A DNA stretch of 27,194 nucleotides from Cyanobacteriota bacterium. GTDB taxonomy: Bacteria > Cyanobacteriota > Cyanobacteriia > Cyanobacteriales > Nostocaceae. Numbering within the stretch: the stretch's first letter is position 1; each line of letters starts with the position of its first letter. The stretch lies in contig JBJOKS010000044.1 in NCBI GenBank assembly GCA_046045965.1, positions 1-27,194 on the forward strand. The letters run 5' to 3'. Positions 18,207 to 27,194 of this stretch are shown here, one piece after another. Under the pieces are notes generated by a model. It made no database searches, was not told the DNA's origin, and worked only from the letters and a program-made list of their open reading frames with translations. The translations under genes and the position numbers were made by a program.

Positions 18207-18239
18207 AGATCCCAAAATTCTTAAAGAGTTCAGGGATCT
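18207..18239. repeat. 33-bp imperfect palindromic dispersed repeat, copy 2
   Basis: AGATCCCAAAATTCTTAAAGAGTTCAGGGATCT, 17 bp downstream of the cobO stop codon. Confidence 0.65.
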
Positions 18240-18256
18240 GGGTATTAATCGCTAAT

Positions 18257-19393
18257 TTAAAAATCAACCCCGCGCTTCAATTCCACACCTTGATTAGCGT
18301 AATGTTTATGACAAAATACCTCCGAGTGAATACTGGCTAAATCAAAATATGCAGGTTGATTTTGACAGCGACCAGTAATAATAACTTCCGTGTCTTTTGG
18401 TTTACGCAGCAAAGCCTGTACAATTGGTTCAACAGGCAATAATTCTAAATCAACGGTGGGGTTAAGTTCATCGAGAATGATAGTTTTATACACTCCCGAT
18501 GCGATCGCTGTTTTGGCAATTTCCCAACCTCTTTCCGCTTCTACATAGTCTAATTCTTGCCGGGAATTACGCCACACGATCGCATCTCGTCCACAACGTA
18601 AATGATCCACTACTTCAGGATAAGATTGTTGCAAAGCGGCGATCGCGGCATCCTCAGTATATCCACTACCACCTTTTAACCACTGCATAATTAATACACG
18701 GGTAGAACCAGGATGATTAATACCTCTACCTATTGCCTGTAAAGCTTTACCCAAAGCACTGGTAGATTTACCTTTGCCCGCACCAGTATAAATTTCTATA
18801 CCCTCAATTAAAAGTGCTTCCGCTGTGGGGTGGTGCTGCGGTTTCATTTCCGAGTGTAGATCCGCAATATCGAGTAATTGTTGCGGTGCTGCGCGACCAG
18901 TCGCAATAATTTCCAATTCCTGGGGTTTAGATTTTAAAGTGTTTACCACCTCATCCACAGAAAGCAAACCCAAATCTAAAACCGGGTTAATTTCATCTAG
19001 AACCACAACAGAATATAAACCAGAGGCGATCGCACCTTTAGCCACATCCCAACCCCTTGCTGCTTCTGCTCTATCAAAAGGGGTAATTTCATCATGCCCA
19101 AAAAACTCGGCTCTACCAGTGCGAACCTGATCAATTAAATGGGGAAAACCACGCTGTAAAGCTGCGATCGCTCCATCTTCATCATAATCACGTTCTGGAC
19201 CTTTCAAAAACCGCAACAGCAAAACACGATTGGAATTGCTCGGCGCATTTATTCCCAAGCCTATCGAGCGCAAAACTACCCCTAAAGCCGCTTGGGACTT
19301 ACCTTTACCCACACCATCATAGACGTGAATTTGACCCGTGAGCCGTTCAGAACGCACTTGTGCTGTGCGAATACCGATGCCATTTCTTGTCAT
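18257..19393 (-). CDS. cobO: Cob(I)yrinic acid a,c-diamide adenosyltransferase (CobA/CobO/BtuR family), tandem two-domain form
   Basis: Two P-loops (YDGVGKGKS, YTGAGKGKS), two LDE(I/L)N motifs, two (A/I)TGR motifs, C-terminal GVDF. Confidence 0.93.
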   Translation of the reverse strand: MTRNGIGIRTAQVRSERLTGQIHVYDGVGKGKSQAALGVVLRSIGLGINAPSNSNRVLLLRFLKGPERDYDEDGAIAALQRGFPHLIDQVRTGRAEFFGHDEITPFDRAEAARGWDVAKGAIASGLYSVVVLDEINPVLDLGLLSVDEVVNTLKSKPQELEIIATGRAAPQQLLDIADLHSEMKPQHHPTAEALLIEGIEIYTGAGKGKSTSALGKALQAIGRGINHPGSTRVLIMQWLKGGSGYTEDAAIAALQQSYPEVVDHLRCGRDAIVWRNSRQELDYVEAERGWEIAKTAIASGVYKTIILDELNPTVDLELLPVEPIVQALLRKPKDTEVIITGRCQNQPAYFDLASIHSEVFCHKHYANQGVELKRGVDF

Positions 19394-19658
19394 CTTTGGA
19401 AAAGCTGTAACGTGGCTATTTCTGATCTTACCGAACCATCTGCTTAATGAAGTAGGATAATTTTATCTCATACCTACGTATCATAGTCAAATTGATGTAT
19501 TAATAATATTAATCAAAATCTATTGGCACACTAGAGGCAAAAATGGTAAGAAAAATGAGATAATTTCCACCATCATCCGTATGATCTCAGTTATGCTATC
19601 TACAGTTTAGCCGCTGGGTTTCATCCAAAATCTCAAATCCCAAATTTACTGATGCTTT

Positions 19659-20210
19659 ATGTCTGAAGAATTATCACTACCGAAAATTTTGCCCATTGGT
19701 GCAATTTTGTTTGAAACTTTATTTTTACTAATTGCCATTCCCCTAGAAGGATATATTCTCAATAGATCCCTCAAATTTGACAAAAAAACCAGCATCTTTT
19801 ATGCCATAGCTATGAACGTTTTTTCCAGCGTCATTGGTTGGAATATATTTTTTCTGATCGAACCAATATTATCTGTACCCATTAAATCGGAATTAATTGG
19901 ATATGTTTTTTTTAATACGTTTAAAAACCCTAGAACACAGAATTATATAATTTTGATAGGATTTTTAATTTTCTTTGCTACTTTTTTGCTCAAGTTTCTA
20001 TTATTAAAAATATTGCTGATCACCTTAGACGAGAGTGGTAAAAAACCAGAAATAACAGAAACATCACTGCATCAAAAAATTCTCATAAATAAAAAGCGTA
20101 AGTTACAAAATACGACCTTAGTTACTACCACTTTAATAGCAAATTCCCTCAGTTATACTGCTATTACACTAATTTTAGTAATTCGTAATTTTGCTACAAT
20201 AGTTAAGTAA
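19659..20210 (+). CDS. fraC: Filament integrity / septal junction protein FraC
   Basis: 183-aa membrane protein ([36 protein letters not shown]); first gene of the fraCDE order. Confidence 0.85.
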   Translation: MSEELSLPKILPIGAILFETLFLLIAIPLEGYILNRSLKFDKKTSIFYAIAMNVFSSVIGWNIFFLIEPILSVPIKSELIGYVFFNTFKNPRTQNYIILIGFLIFFATFLLKFLLLKILLITLDESGKKPEITETSLHQKILINKKRKLQNTTLVTTTLIANSLSYTAITLILVIRNFATIVK

Positions 20211-20266
20211 TTAAACAAGTAATTAAACATAGAACAATCACATTCACTTAATTAACTAGGTAAAAT

Positions 20267-21277
20267 ATGAATTCATCATTATTTAAAGAAGTAATCCTGA
20301 TCTTTAAATTTGTTCAAGATTTGTTTTTAGGCATCCAAAAAATTATCATGCCTCCCAAGGCTTTTTCTTGGCAAACATTTATCTATTTAAGTATTTTTTC
20401 CTGGGGAAGTTCCTATTTTGCAACAGGACCAATAAAAGATTTAATTGCCTTGACAGGTTGGGGATTTTTAGTAGCTGGTACAGCTTGGTATACCACCGAT
20501 GATCCTTTAAGAGTACCTGGTACTTTCATGCCAGTAGGAGCATTAGTAACAGGGTTTTTAGTCAGTGTCTTTGCTTTTGGACATCAGGAGAATGTGATCA
20601 CAACCAGAACTATAGTTCTCTGGCCAACAATAGCAGCAATTATTACAGGAATACCAGAATTTTTTGCAGGAACAGGTACATCCACAAAAGCTACCATTCC
20701 CAAATTAGAAGCACGCCAAAAAATTGTTATTTTGCTGGCTTGGTCGATGTTGATCAGTTGCTGGATTCAGTTTTACTTTGTCATAGATAAATGGTTAAAA
20801 GAATATCCAAGTTTGTCCGCAGATAATTTTCAACGTAGCACCTTTGTAATTAAACTAGAACCTAAATCTAAAAGACCAGAAAACGGTAATATGTTATTGA
20901 ATAAAATTCAACCGTTAATACAAGAACAAATAGATAACAGACCTTGGTCAGAAGTAGAAAGATGGTTGTTAGAAGCTAACGAACAAGTTGGCAATTTGGG
21001 CAACAATATGATTAACAAAAACCTGAATAAATACGAAGAAAAAGGACTATGGCGAATTGAGCCGCGTGTAGTCAATGTCCAATCTGGATATAGATTAGAT
21101 ATCCTCAGTATTTGGCAAGGTCCAAGTACAAATCCCCGTGGATTTTTTCTGCAAAAATCTTGTCAAATTCAACCAGTGACAGGGGTGAAAAATCCAGAGA
21201 ATAAAAATGCAGTTGCAGAAATTAAATGCGATCGCACCAGCAAATTTTTTCTGGGTTCACCACCACCACAACAGTAG
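20267..21277 (+). CDS. fraD: Septal junction protein FraD (DUF5357-like)
   Basis: N-terminal multi-TM region (AFSWQTFIYLS, AWYTTDDPLRVPGTFMPVG) followed by a soluble domain with two C-terminal Cys; located between fraC and fraE. Confidence 0.87.
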   Translation: MNSSLFKEVILIFKFVQDLFLGIQKIIMPPKAFSWQTFIYLSIFSWGSSYFATGPIKDLIALTGWGFLVAGTAWYTTDDPLRVPGTFMPVGALVTGFLVSVFAFGHQENVITTRTIVLWPTIAAIITGIPEFFAGTGTSTKATIPKLEARQKIVILLAWSMLISCWIQFYFVIDKWLKEYPSLSADNFQRSTFVIKLEPKSKRPENGNMLLNKIQPLIQEQIDNRPWSEVERWLLEANEQVGNLGNNMINKNLNKYEEKGLWRIEPRVVNVQSGYRLDILSIWQGPSTNPRGFFLQKSCQIQPVTGVKNPENKNAVAEIKCDRTSKFFLGSPPPQQ

Positions 21278-21280
21278 AGT

Positions 21281-21325
21281 CAGTTAACAGTTACCAATTA
21301 CCCATTACCCATACCCATTACCAAA
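21281..21325. repeat. Degenerate STRR heptamers (TTACCAA/TTACCCA)
   Basis: Read directly in the fraD-fraE spacer. Confidence 0.7.
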
Positions 21326-21329
21326 CAAT

Positions 21330-22109
21330 ATGAACGCAGTCAGAACTTTTGTAATGGCAAAAAACGTATTTCAGGAAGTGATCCGCGATCGCATCCTCTA
21401 CATCATCGGTTTTTATGCAATTATCCTCGCTGTCGCTAACCGCGCAATTTTTGAATTTTCAGCCACAACCCAAGATAAAATCTTTTTAGACTTTGGTTTG
21501 GCAACCATGAATGTCATCTGTTTAATTATTGCTATTTTTATTGGTACAGGACTGGTTAACAAAGAAATTGAAAAACGCACTATTTTCATGTTAATTGCCA
21601 AACCTATCAGCCGCAGTGAATTTATTACCAGTAAATATTTAGGACTATCTGCTGTACTGGGTGTACTCTTAGCAGCCATGACATTTATTTATTTGGTATT
21701 TTTGCAACTTGCTAAAATGTCCTATCCCATAAACAGCATTCTCCTGGCTGTACTCTTCTTATTTTTGCAATTGACATTAATTACTGCTGTAGCTGTGACA
21801 TTAGGAGTTTTTACCAGTTCCTTAATAGCCACAGCATTAACATTTGCCGTCTATTTAATGGGGAATATTACAAAAGATTTAGTGGCATTAGGCCGCCTCA
21901 GTCAAAACCCTGGTGTAGAACGCATTACACAGGGTTTATATCTCATACTTCCAGATTTATCGCGCTTAGATTTAAAAAATGATGCCGTTTATGGAATGCA
22001 AGCATTACCTGATACTATGACACTATTAAGTAATGCAGGTTATGGATTACTTTATAGTTTTATGTTGTTAGCGATCGCTATTTTCATCTTCTTGAAAAAA
22101 GAGTTTTAA
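21330..22109 (+). CDS. fraE: FraE, ABC-2-type permease-like protein
   Basis: NVFQEVIRDRILY, VNKEIEKRT, KPISRSEFI and YLILPDLSRL motifs; about six TM segments; third gene of the operon. Confidence 0.85.
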   Translation: MNAVRTFVMAKNVFQEVIRDRILYIIGFYAIILAVANRAIFEFSATTQDKIFLDFGLATMNVICLIIAIFIGTGLVNKEIEKRTIFMLIAKPISRSEFITSKYLGLSAVLGVLLAAMTFIYLVFLQLAKMSYPINSILLAVLFLFLQLTLITAVAVTLGVFTSSLIATALTFAVYLMGNITKDLVALGRLSQNPGVERITQGLYLILPDLSRLDLKNDAVYGMQALPDTMTLLSNAGYGLLYSFMLLAIAIFIFLKKEF

Positions 22110-22110
22110 C

Positions 22111-22194
<84 letters not shown>

Positions 22195-22211
22195 ACCTCA
22201 CCATCTCCCAA

Positions 22212-23099
22212 TTACTCTTCTCCCCAAGTTCTTAACTGCAAATAAACTAACACCAAAGTCACCACTAATAAAACCGTAGCAACTGCGGCAGCGTAACCAA
22301 AATCAAATTGAGCAAAAGCTTCTTGATAAGTGTAATAAACCAACAAATTAGTAGAATTTAAAGGACCGCCACCTGTAATTACATAAACAGGTTCAAAACT
22401 CCGCAATGTAAAAATAGCAGTAGTGACAGTAGCAAATATTAAAGTTGGCCGCAGTCCAGGTAAAGTAATATGCCAAAATTGCTGCCAACCATTTGCCCCA
22501 TCTAGTTCTGCGGCTTCATAACGACTAGGAGGAATAGCTTGTAAACCAGCCAAAAAAACCACCATATTAAAGCCAATTTGCTTCCAAATACTAAATAAAA
22601 TTATGACCGGCATTGCCCAAAAAGTATCTCCTAACCATGATATTGGTGCAACACCAAAAAAATCCAACAGTTCATTAACAGGACCAGTATTTTGAAACAA
22701 CCAGCGAAAACCTAAACCAGCAGCCACAAGTGAGATAATAGAAGGGAGAAAATAGGCACTTCTCAAAATACCCTGCAAAGCCAAGGAACGATCTAATAAC
22801 ACTGCTAGTCCTAAAGGAATGACCAAACTGGGAACAAGACTACCAAGAGTAAAATAAGCAGTGTTAAAAATAACTTGCCAAAAATCAGAGTTTAGTAACA
22901 AACGCCAATAATTTTTGAAACCTACCAAATAAGTACCCGTTGAAGTAAAACTACCAGCAGTGAAACTGAGATAAAACAAATAAGCAATTGGCCAAATTAT
23001 AAATAAACCTAACAAAATTAGTGCTGGTGTGAGAAAAACCCAAGCAGCAACGGTATCATTATCTAGCAGTTGCGGAGAAGAAAAGCGGGATGGTTTCAT
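22212..23099 (-). CDS. Carbohydrate ABC transporter permease (MalF/UgpA type)
   Basis: FLTPALILL, VGFKNY and the EAA loop LQAIPPSRYEAAELDGANGWQQFWHITLP; TGGGP. Confidence 0.92.
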   Translation of the reverse strand: MKPSRFSSPQLLDNDTVAAWVFLTPALILLGLFIIWPIAYLFYLSFTAGSFTSTGTYLVGFKNYWRLLLNSDFWQVIFNTAYFTLGSLVPSLVIPLGLAVLLDRSLALQGILRSAYFLPSIISLVAAGLGFRWLFQNTGPVNELLDFFGVAPISWLGDTFWAMPVIILFSIWKQIGFNMVVFLAGLQAIPPSRYEAAELDGANGWQQFWHITLPGLRPTLIFATVTTAIFTLRSFEPVYVITGGGPLNSTNLLVYYTYQEAFAQFDFGYAAAVATVLLVVTLVLVYLQLRTWGEE

Positions 23100-23135
23100 G
23101 ATAATCTTAGTAATTCAGACGATATTCATAATTTT

Positions 23136-23786
23136 ATGAATCAATATTACCCGATTGATGCAACATCTAGTCTAATTTCTCCCGATATTTCTAGCCACAA
23201 CTTACAACCAATGAAGCCTTTAAAACTGGGAGTGATGGCTTCTGGAAATGGTAGTAATTTTGAAGTGGTCGCCCAAGCTATTCAAGCAGGAAAACTCAAC
23301 GCCCAAATTCAGGTTTTAATTTATAATAATCCTTCAGCTAAAGCAGCATTAAAGGCAGAAAATCATGGTGTTGAGGCAGTATTATTAAATCACCGTGACT
23401 ATAAAAAGCGGGAAGATTTAGACAGAGAAATTGTCAAAACTTTGCGGCAATATGATGTAGAATTGGTGATTATGGCTGGCTGGATGCGTCTAGTAACACA
23501 AGAATTAATTGACGCTTTTCCTGACAAAATTATTAATATTCATCCCAGTTTATTGCCAAGTTTTAAAGGTGTGCGGGCTGTTGAACAAGCTTTAGAAGCC
23601 GGCGTGAAAATAACTGGTTGTACTGTTCATCTCCTCCGTTTAGAAATGGACAGTGGACCAATTATCATGCAGGCCGCAGTACCCGTTTTACCAGATGATA
23701 CAGCAGAAACACTACACGCTAGAATTCAAATTCAGGAACATCGCATTTTACCATTGGCGATCGCTTCCCTTGCTGCTATTAGGTGA
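23136..23786 (+). CDS. purN: Phosphoribosylglycinamide formyltransferase
   Basis: MASGNGSNF, MAGWMR, NIHPSLLPSFKG, GCTVH, MDSGPII and QEH motifs. ATG 23136 preferred over 23070, which overlaps the permease gene. Confidence 0.95.
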   Translation: MNQYYPIDATSSLISPDISSHNLQPMKPLKLGVMASGNGSNFEVVAQAIQAGKLNAQIQVLIYNNPSAKAALKAENHGVEAVLLNHRDYKKREDLDREIVKTLRQYDVELVIMAGWMRLVTQELIDAFPDKIINIHPSLLPSFKGVRAVEQALEAGVKITGCTVHLLRLEMDSGPIIMQAAVPVLPDDTAETLHARIQIQEHRILPLAIASLAAIR

Positions 23787-23808
23787 TTGGGAAAAATACA
23801 AATAATTT

Positions 23809-23860
23809 CCCCCTGCTCCCTGCTCCCTGCTCCCCTGCTTCTTTCCCAGTCCCCAGTCAC
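23809..23860. repeat. STRR cluster (CCCTGCT)x4 and (CCCAGTC)x2
   Basis: Read directly between purN and the phosphohexomutase gene. Confidence 0.85.
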
Positions 23861-23907
23861 CTGTATCAATGCTACAATCCTCTGTGAGAAATTTTTAGGA
23901 TATCTCC

Positions 23908-25359
23908 ATGTCAGTTTTAACTAACCCCATAAAGTTTGGTACTGATGGCTGGCGAGGCGTGATCGGTGATGAATTTACCTTTGAACGTCTAGCCTTAGTA
24001 GCCCCAGTGGCAGCAAAAGTATTATATAATACTTACTATTCTACAGTCGGTAGCCGTACCATCATTGTCGGTTACGATCGCCGTTTTATGGCAGAAAATT
24101 TTGCCCGTGTTGTCGCTGATGCTGTCAAAGCAGTGGGTTTTGATGTGCTTTTTAGCGAAACCTACGCACCTACTCCCGCTTTTAGTTGGGCTGCAAAAGA
24201 ACTCAACGCTTTAGGTGCGCTAGTCATCACCGCTAGTCACAATCCAGGTGCATATTTAGGTTTAAAAGTCAAGAGTGCTTTTGGCGGTTCTGTTCCCCCA
24301 GAAGTTACCAAAGAAATAGAAACACTATTAACAGAGAAAGTACCAACCGCAGCTACTCCGGGAAAAGAAGAGAAATTTGATCCTTGGCCTAGTTATTGTC
24401 AAGCCTTAGAAAAGAAAGTTAATATTAACGAAATTCGCCAAGCAATATCATCAGGCAAATTAACATTATTTGTTGATGTTATGCACGGTGCTGCTGCCAG
24501 TGGTTTGGGTAGATTATTAGGCGAAAAAGTCAAAGAAATTAACAGCAACCGTGATCCTTTATTTGAAGGTGGTGCGCCCGAACCTTTGCCAAAATATCTT
24601 TCCCGTTTATTTACAGAAATTAAAAATCATGGGGAAATAAATAACAATAAGAACTCAAGTTTAACAGTAGGTTTAGTATTTGATGGAGATTGCGATCGCA
24701 TCGCCGCAGTAGACAAAAACGCTAATTTCCTCAGTTCTCAAATCTTAATTCCTATCTTAATAGATCATCTAAAACGGAGACGCAACTTTACGGGCGAAAT
24801 CGTCAAAACTGTTAGCGGTTCTGATATAATTCCCCTGGTTGCTAAATTACTGCATCTGTCTGTATTTGAAACCGCAGTTGGTTATAAATACATTGCAGAT
24901 AGAATGTTAGCCGCAGAAGTATTACTAGGTGGTGAAGAATCTGGTGGTATTGGTTATGGTAGCCATATTCCCGAACGAGATGCTTTACTTTCAGCGTTGT
25001 ATGTATTAGAAGCAGTTGTAGAATCAGGCTTAGATTTAGGTGAATATTATCAACAATTGCAACAACAAACTAATTTTTCCTCAGCCTATGATCGGATAGA
25101 TTTACCTTTAGCGAGCATGGAAGTGAGAGGAAAGTTATTACAACAATTACAAAACCAACCGTTAACAGAAATTGATGGTAAAAAAGTAATTGATTGCAAT
25201 ACAATTGACGGCTATAAATTCCGTCTCGCTGATCAAAGTTGGTTAATGATTCGTTTTAGTGGTACTGAACCAGTATTACGCCTTTATTGTGAAGCACCCA
25301 CAATAGAACAAGTCCATCAAACTCTAGCTTGGGCTAAAAATTGGGCAGAAGGAAATTAG
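23908..25359 (+). CDS. Phosphoglucomutase/phosphomannomutase family protein
   Basis: FGTDGWRG, active-site TASHNP, metal loop FDGDCDR, GGEESGG and RFSGTEP motifs. Confidence 0.95.
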   Translation: MSVLTNPIKFGTDGWRGVIGDEFTFERLALVAPVAAKVLYNTYYSTVGSRTIIVGYDRRFMAENFARVVADAVKAVGFDVLFSETYAPTPAFSWAAKELNALGALVITASHNPGAYLGLKVKSAFGGSVPPEVTKEIETLLTEKVPTAATPGKEEKFDPWPSYCQALEKKVNINEIRQAISSGKLTLFVDVMHGAAASGLGRLLGEKVKEINSNRDPLFEGGAPEPLPKYLSRLFTEIKNHGEINNNKNSSLTVGLVFDGDCDRIAAVDKNANFLSSQILIPILIDHLKRRRNFTGEIVKTVSGSDIIPLVAKLLHLSVFETAVGYKYIADRMLAAEVLLGGEESGGIGYGSHIPERDALLSALYVLEAVVESGLDLGEYYQQLQQQTNFSSAYDRIDLPLASMEVRGKLLQQLQNQPLTEIDGKKVIDCNTIDGYKFRLADQSWLMIRFSGTEPVLRLYCEAPTIEQVHQTLAWAKNWAEGN

Positions 25360-25493
25360 GGACTGGTGACTGGTGACTGGTGACTGGGTAATCAATTTTA
25401 TTTTTCCCAATTACCAATTACCAATTACCAATAACTAATAACTAATAACTAATAACTAATGACTAATGACTAATGACTAATGACTAATGACTA
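25360..25493. repeat. Compound STRR array: GACTGGT, CCAATTA, ATAACTA and (ATGACTA)x5
   Basis: Fills most of the intergenic region; the last ATGACTA supplies the rdgB start codon. Confidence 0.9.
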
Positions 25494-26065
25494 AATTACT
25501 CGTAGTAGCTACAGGAAATCCCGGTAAATTGCGGGAAATGCAAGCTTATTTAGCTGATTCTGGTTGGGAATTAACCTTAAAACCGGCAGATTTAGATGTT
25601 GATGAAACTGGTGAAACTTTTGCAGCCAATGCTTGTTTAAAAGCTGCTGAAATTGCCAAAGCTACAGGAAATTGGGCGATCGCCGATGATTCTGGTTTAG
25701 CTGTAGATGCACTAAATGGCGCTCCTGGTGTATATTCTGCCCGTTATGGTAATACCGACGCTGAACGTATTTCTCGTTTATTACGGGAATTAGGAGATAC
25801 AGAAAATCGTCAGGCACAGTTTATCTGTGCAGTAGCGGTTGCAAATCCTGAAGGGGAAATAGTTTTGCAATCTGAAGGTATTTGTAAGGGTGAAATTCTC
25901 TATGAAACCCGTGGTGATGGTGGTTTTGGTTATGATCCCATTTTTTATGTTCCAGAAAAACAGTTGACTTTTGCCCAAATGTCACCGGAGTTGAAAAAGT
26001 CAATTAGTCATCGGGGTAATGCTTTGAAAAGTTTAGTTCCTCAGTTGCTTAAGGTTTTGGGGTAA
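25487..26065 (+). CDS. rdgB: Non-canonical purine NTP pyrophosphatase (RdgB/HAM1)
   Basis: ATGNPGK, ADDSGL, GAPGVYSARY, GFGYDPIF and SHRG motifs. Confidence 0.96.
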   Translation: MTKLLVVATGNPGKLREMQAYLADSGWELTLKPADLDVDETGETFAANACLKAAEIAKATGNWAIADDSGLAVDALNGAPGVYSARYGNTDAERISRLLRELGDTENRQAQFICAVAVANPEGEIVLQSEGICKGEILYETRGDGGFGYDPIFYVPEKQLTFAQMSPELKKSISHRGNALKSLVPQLLKVLG

Positions 26066-26079
26066 ATTTAAGGCAAATC

Positions 26080-26391
26080 TTAGGCTAAAACTTGCATATT
26101 CCCAGTTAATAAACGAGGAGAAATATTTACTAGAATTTCCTTACCAATTTTTTGTTCAGCTAGTCTGAGTTCATAATTTTTCTGTAAATTCATCCACAAT
26201 TCAGCACTCGTACCAAACCATTGTCCTAGTCGTAATGCAGTATCAGCAGTAATTGATCTTTTGCCATTAATTATTTCGGTAATGCGATTTTTGGGTACAT
26301 GAAGCAAACGAGCTAATTCACTTGCACTTATTCCTAATTCATGCAGTTCATCAGCTAAAATTTCTCCAGGATGAATAGGTGGACGTGCCAT
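26080..26391 (-). CDS. higA: HigA/VapI-family antitoxin (Xre HTH)
   Basis: PIHPGEIL, ITEIINGKRSITADTALRLG, WMNLQKNYEL motifs. Confidence 0.92.
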   Translation of the reverse strand: MARPPIHPGEILADELHELGISASELARLLHVPKNRITEIINGKRSITADTALRLGQWFGTSAELWMNLQKNYELRLAEQKIGKEILVNISPRLLTGNMQVLA

Positions 26392-26402
26392 ATAATTCTC
26401 CT

Positions 26403-26702
26403 TCAGTGATAATCTGTAATTTCTATATTGAAAGGTTTTGGTTCATCATCTGGCCAATTAAAACAAATTCGCCATTGGTTATTAATGCGAATGCTGTATT
26501 GACCTTTTCTATCACCTTCTAAGGACTCAAAATGATTACTTGTTAGTAACATTAGATCCTTTTTGCTAGTAGCTGCCTCTAAAATATCAAGCCGTTTATA
26601 TGCTTGTTTAGCAAAAGCTTGAAACTCTTTTACTCTCTCACCTACAGCGAATTCCTCCGTCCTTTTATCTCGATATTTTGGATAATTTTCTGACGGAGAC
26701 AT
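26403..26702 (-). CDS. higB: HigB (RelE-superfamily) toxin
   Basis: LEGDRKGQYSIRINNQWRICF and terminal DYH; toxin precedes antitoxin, the higBA order. Confidence 0.9.
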   Translation of the reverse strand: MSPSENYPKYRDKRTEEFAVGERVKEFQAFAKQAYKRLDILEAATSKKDLMLLTSNHFESLEGDRKGQYSIRINNQWRICFNWPDDEPKPFNIEITDYH

Positions 26703-26721
26703 ATCTTAAACAATGGTAGAT

Positions 26722-26738
26722 GTAATGTGTTACGTAAC
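26722..26738. promoter_or_regulatory. Candidate HigA operator
   Basis: Overlapping palindromes GTAA-TGTG-TTAC (26722-26733) and GTTACGTAAC (26729-26738), 20-36 bp upstream of higB. Confidence 0.45.
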
Positions 26739-26771
26739 TTATAACTCTTTTAGTTTAGCACAATCAAACCA

Positions 26772-26809
26772 CAAAAGGCGCTGCTGAATCACCAAATTCA
26801 ACAACGCCC
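26772..26809 (-). terminator. Rho-independent terminator of glnB
   Basis: Minus strand GGCGTTGTTGAAT-TTGGTG-ATTCAGCAGCGCC (stem with G-U pairs) followed by TTTTG. Confidence 0.75.
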
Positions 26810-26829
26810 AATTTCTAAATATTCAATAC

Positions 26830-27192
<363 letters not shown>

Positions 27193-27194
27193 AG

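Noticed and set aside
19590..19603. NtcA-like site GTT-N8-TAC upstream of fraC (GTA-N7-TAC also near 3025 and 23863)
   Set aside because: Mismatch or wrong spacing versus GTA-N8-TAC, and no properly placed -10 box.
25360..25430. Strand-specific hairpin from the GGTGACT and CCAATTA arrays
   Set aside because: Each unit has one wobble and one mismatch on either strand, so there is no polarity signal.

Overview
Mostly core-genome window from a filamentous cyanobacterium, very likely heterocyst-forming (Nostocales). This is inferred from the fraCDE septal-junction operon, about 18 HIP1 octamers (GCGATCGC, counted by eye) and heptamer STRR tandem repeats. From left to right: the promoter and leader of a probable rRNA operon reading off the left edge, a Cys-rich zinc-ribbon membrane protein, nblS/hik33, purD, an NAD-dependent sugar epimerase, a very large DUF2157-like membrane protein, a DUF3592-like protein, the photolyase phrA, a divergent ARD-like cupin, a DUF262 + HEPN gene pair (candidate anti-phage module), a CPA2 antiporter, hfq, dapF, an unannotated 34-aa membrane peptide, cobO, fraC-fraD-fraE, a sugar ABC permease, purN, a phosphomannomutase/phosphoglucomutase, rdgB, higBA and glnB. 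The best leads are the DUF262-HEPN module with its unusual downstream non-coding segment (exact boxA consensus, overlapping bidirectional -10 boxes, Fur-like palindromes), the 34-aa ORF between two 33-bp palindromic elements, and STRR pairs that fold on only one strand through G-U wobble pairs. All family assignments come from motif recognition by eye; no database search was run.
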